A DNA stretch of 64,000 nucleotides from Takakia lepidozioides (taxonomy: Eukaryota; Plantae; Bryophyta), in NCBI GenBank assembly GCA_030704615.1, contig CM060734.1, forward strand, positions 4,712,001 to 4,776,000, read 5' to 3'. The notes below the pieces were generated by a model that saw only the letters and a list, made by a program, of their open reading frames with translations, ran no database searches and had not been told where the DNA came from. Both the position numbers and the translations under genes were made by a program. The first letter of the stretch is position 1, and every line of letters starts with the position of its first letter. Shown one piece after another: positions 63,652 to 64,000 of the stretch.

Positions 63652-63724
63652 GTGAAATGCGGGGTATCGATCCCCCTACCTCTCGCATGTGAAGCAAGTG
63701 CTCTACCATGTGGTCTACATCCCC
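63652..63724 (-). pseudogene. tRNA-Ala-derived pseudogene (anticodon position reads CAC)
   Basis: GGGGATGTAGACCACATGGTAGAGCACTTGCTTCACATGCGAGAGGTAGGGGGATCGATACCCCGCATTTCAC resembles plant tRNA-Ala (GGGGATGTAGCTCA.ATGGTAGAGCGCTCGCTT.GCATGCGAGAGGTACGGGGATCGATACCCCGCATCTCCA). The D-stem and acceptor stem are damaged. Confidence 0.8.
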
Positions 63725-64000
63725 AGACTGTACGTAGCCGGTGGAGTTAACAAACATATACTGAAACAAACAATAGCAGTATTACTGGTGATGAGAAGCA
63801 AATTAAGTGAAACTTGAAGTTACCAGGATGGAGGTAATCTTGTACATAAATGGTTTCTGAATCTAACAGCGTGAAGATGGACCCACCATGTAGAATTATC
63901 GTTTTAGTGTACGATAGGCAAGGCACACAATCTGTGCGATTGGATTCTGGGAATTTGAACCCAAGGCTTCTTGATTGGAGGTTTTTGCACCGTCCAATCT

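Noticed and set aside
63940-64000. tRNA-like T-loop (GGGTTCAAATTCCC, minus strand) at the window edge
   Set aside because: Too degenerate and truncated to fold into a cloverleaf.

Overview
Eukaryotic, plant-like repeat-rich DNA with a 500-N scaffold gap at 45856-46355. The spliced genes and TE types fit a non-seed plant such as a bryophyte (inference). No intact host gene was recognised. The window is a nest of transposons dominated by a Mutator-like (MULE) DNA transposon family with short asymmetric TIRs (GGGGGCTGCTATTTCATGAGC / GAGGTTTGCTATTTCATGAGC) and 9-bp TSDs. Six copies or derivatives are present: A0 1-5122, A 7801-13872, diverged C from 18087, B 19569-33412, D from 39452, and E ending at 54507. 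Piecing the copies together, the family carries (i) a MULE DDE transposase with a C-terminal SWIM finger, (ii) a ~200-aa ORF of unknown family with three diverged homologues, and (iii) a 7-intron gene fusing a ParB/Srx-like domain (WDGNHR) to a prokaryote-type beta-class N6A/N4C DNA methyltransferase fold (DIPDG ... LDLTCGTG). Non-coding parts are full of a 22-bp palindrome GGAAAT-N-CGGCGCCG-N'-ATTTCC, which varies symmetrically between subfamilies and is amplified in at least five unrelated tandem arrays. This suggests a parS-like or VANDAL/VANC-like self-recognition system (hypothesis). Also present: a near full-length chromovirus Ty3/Gypsy element inserted in the last exon of the MTase gene, older Gypsy and CACTA remnants, an inverted duplication and a tRNA-Ala pseudogene. 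Many frameshifts sit at homopolymers and may be sequencing errors.
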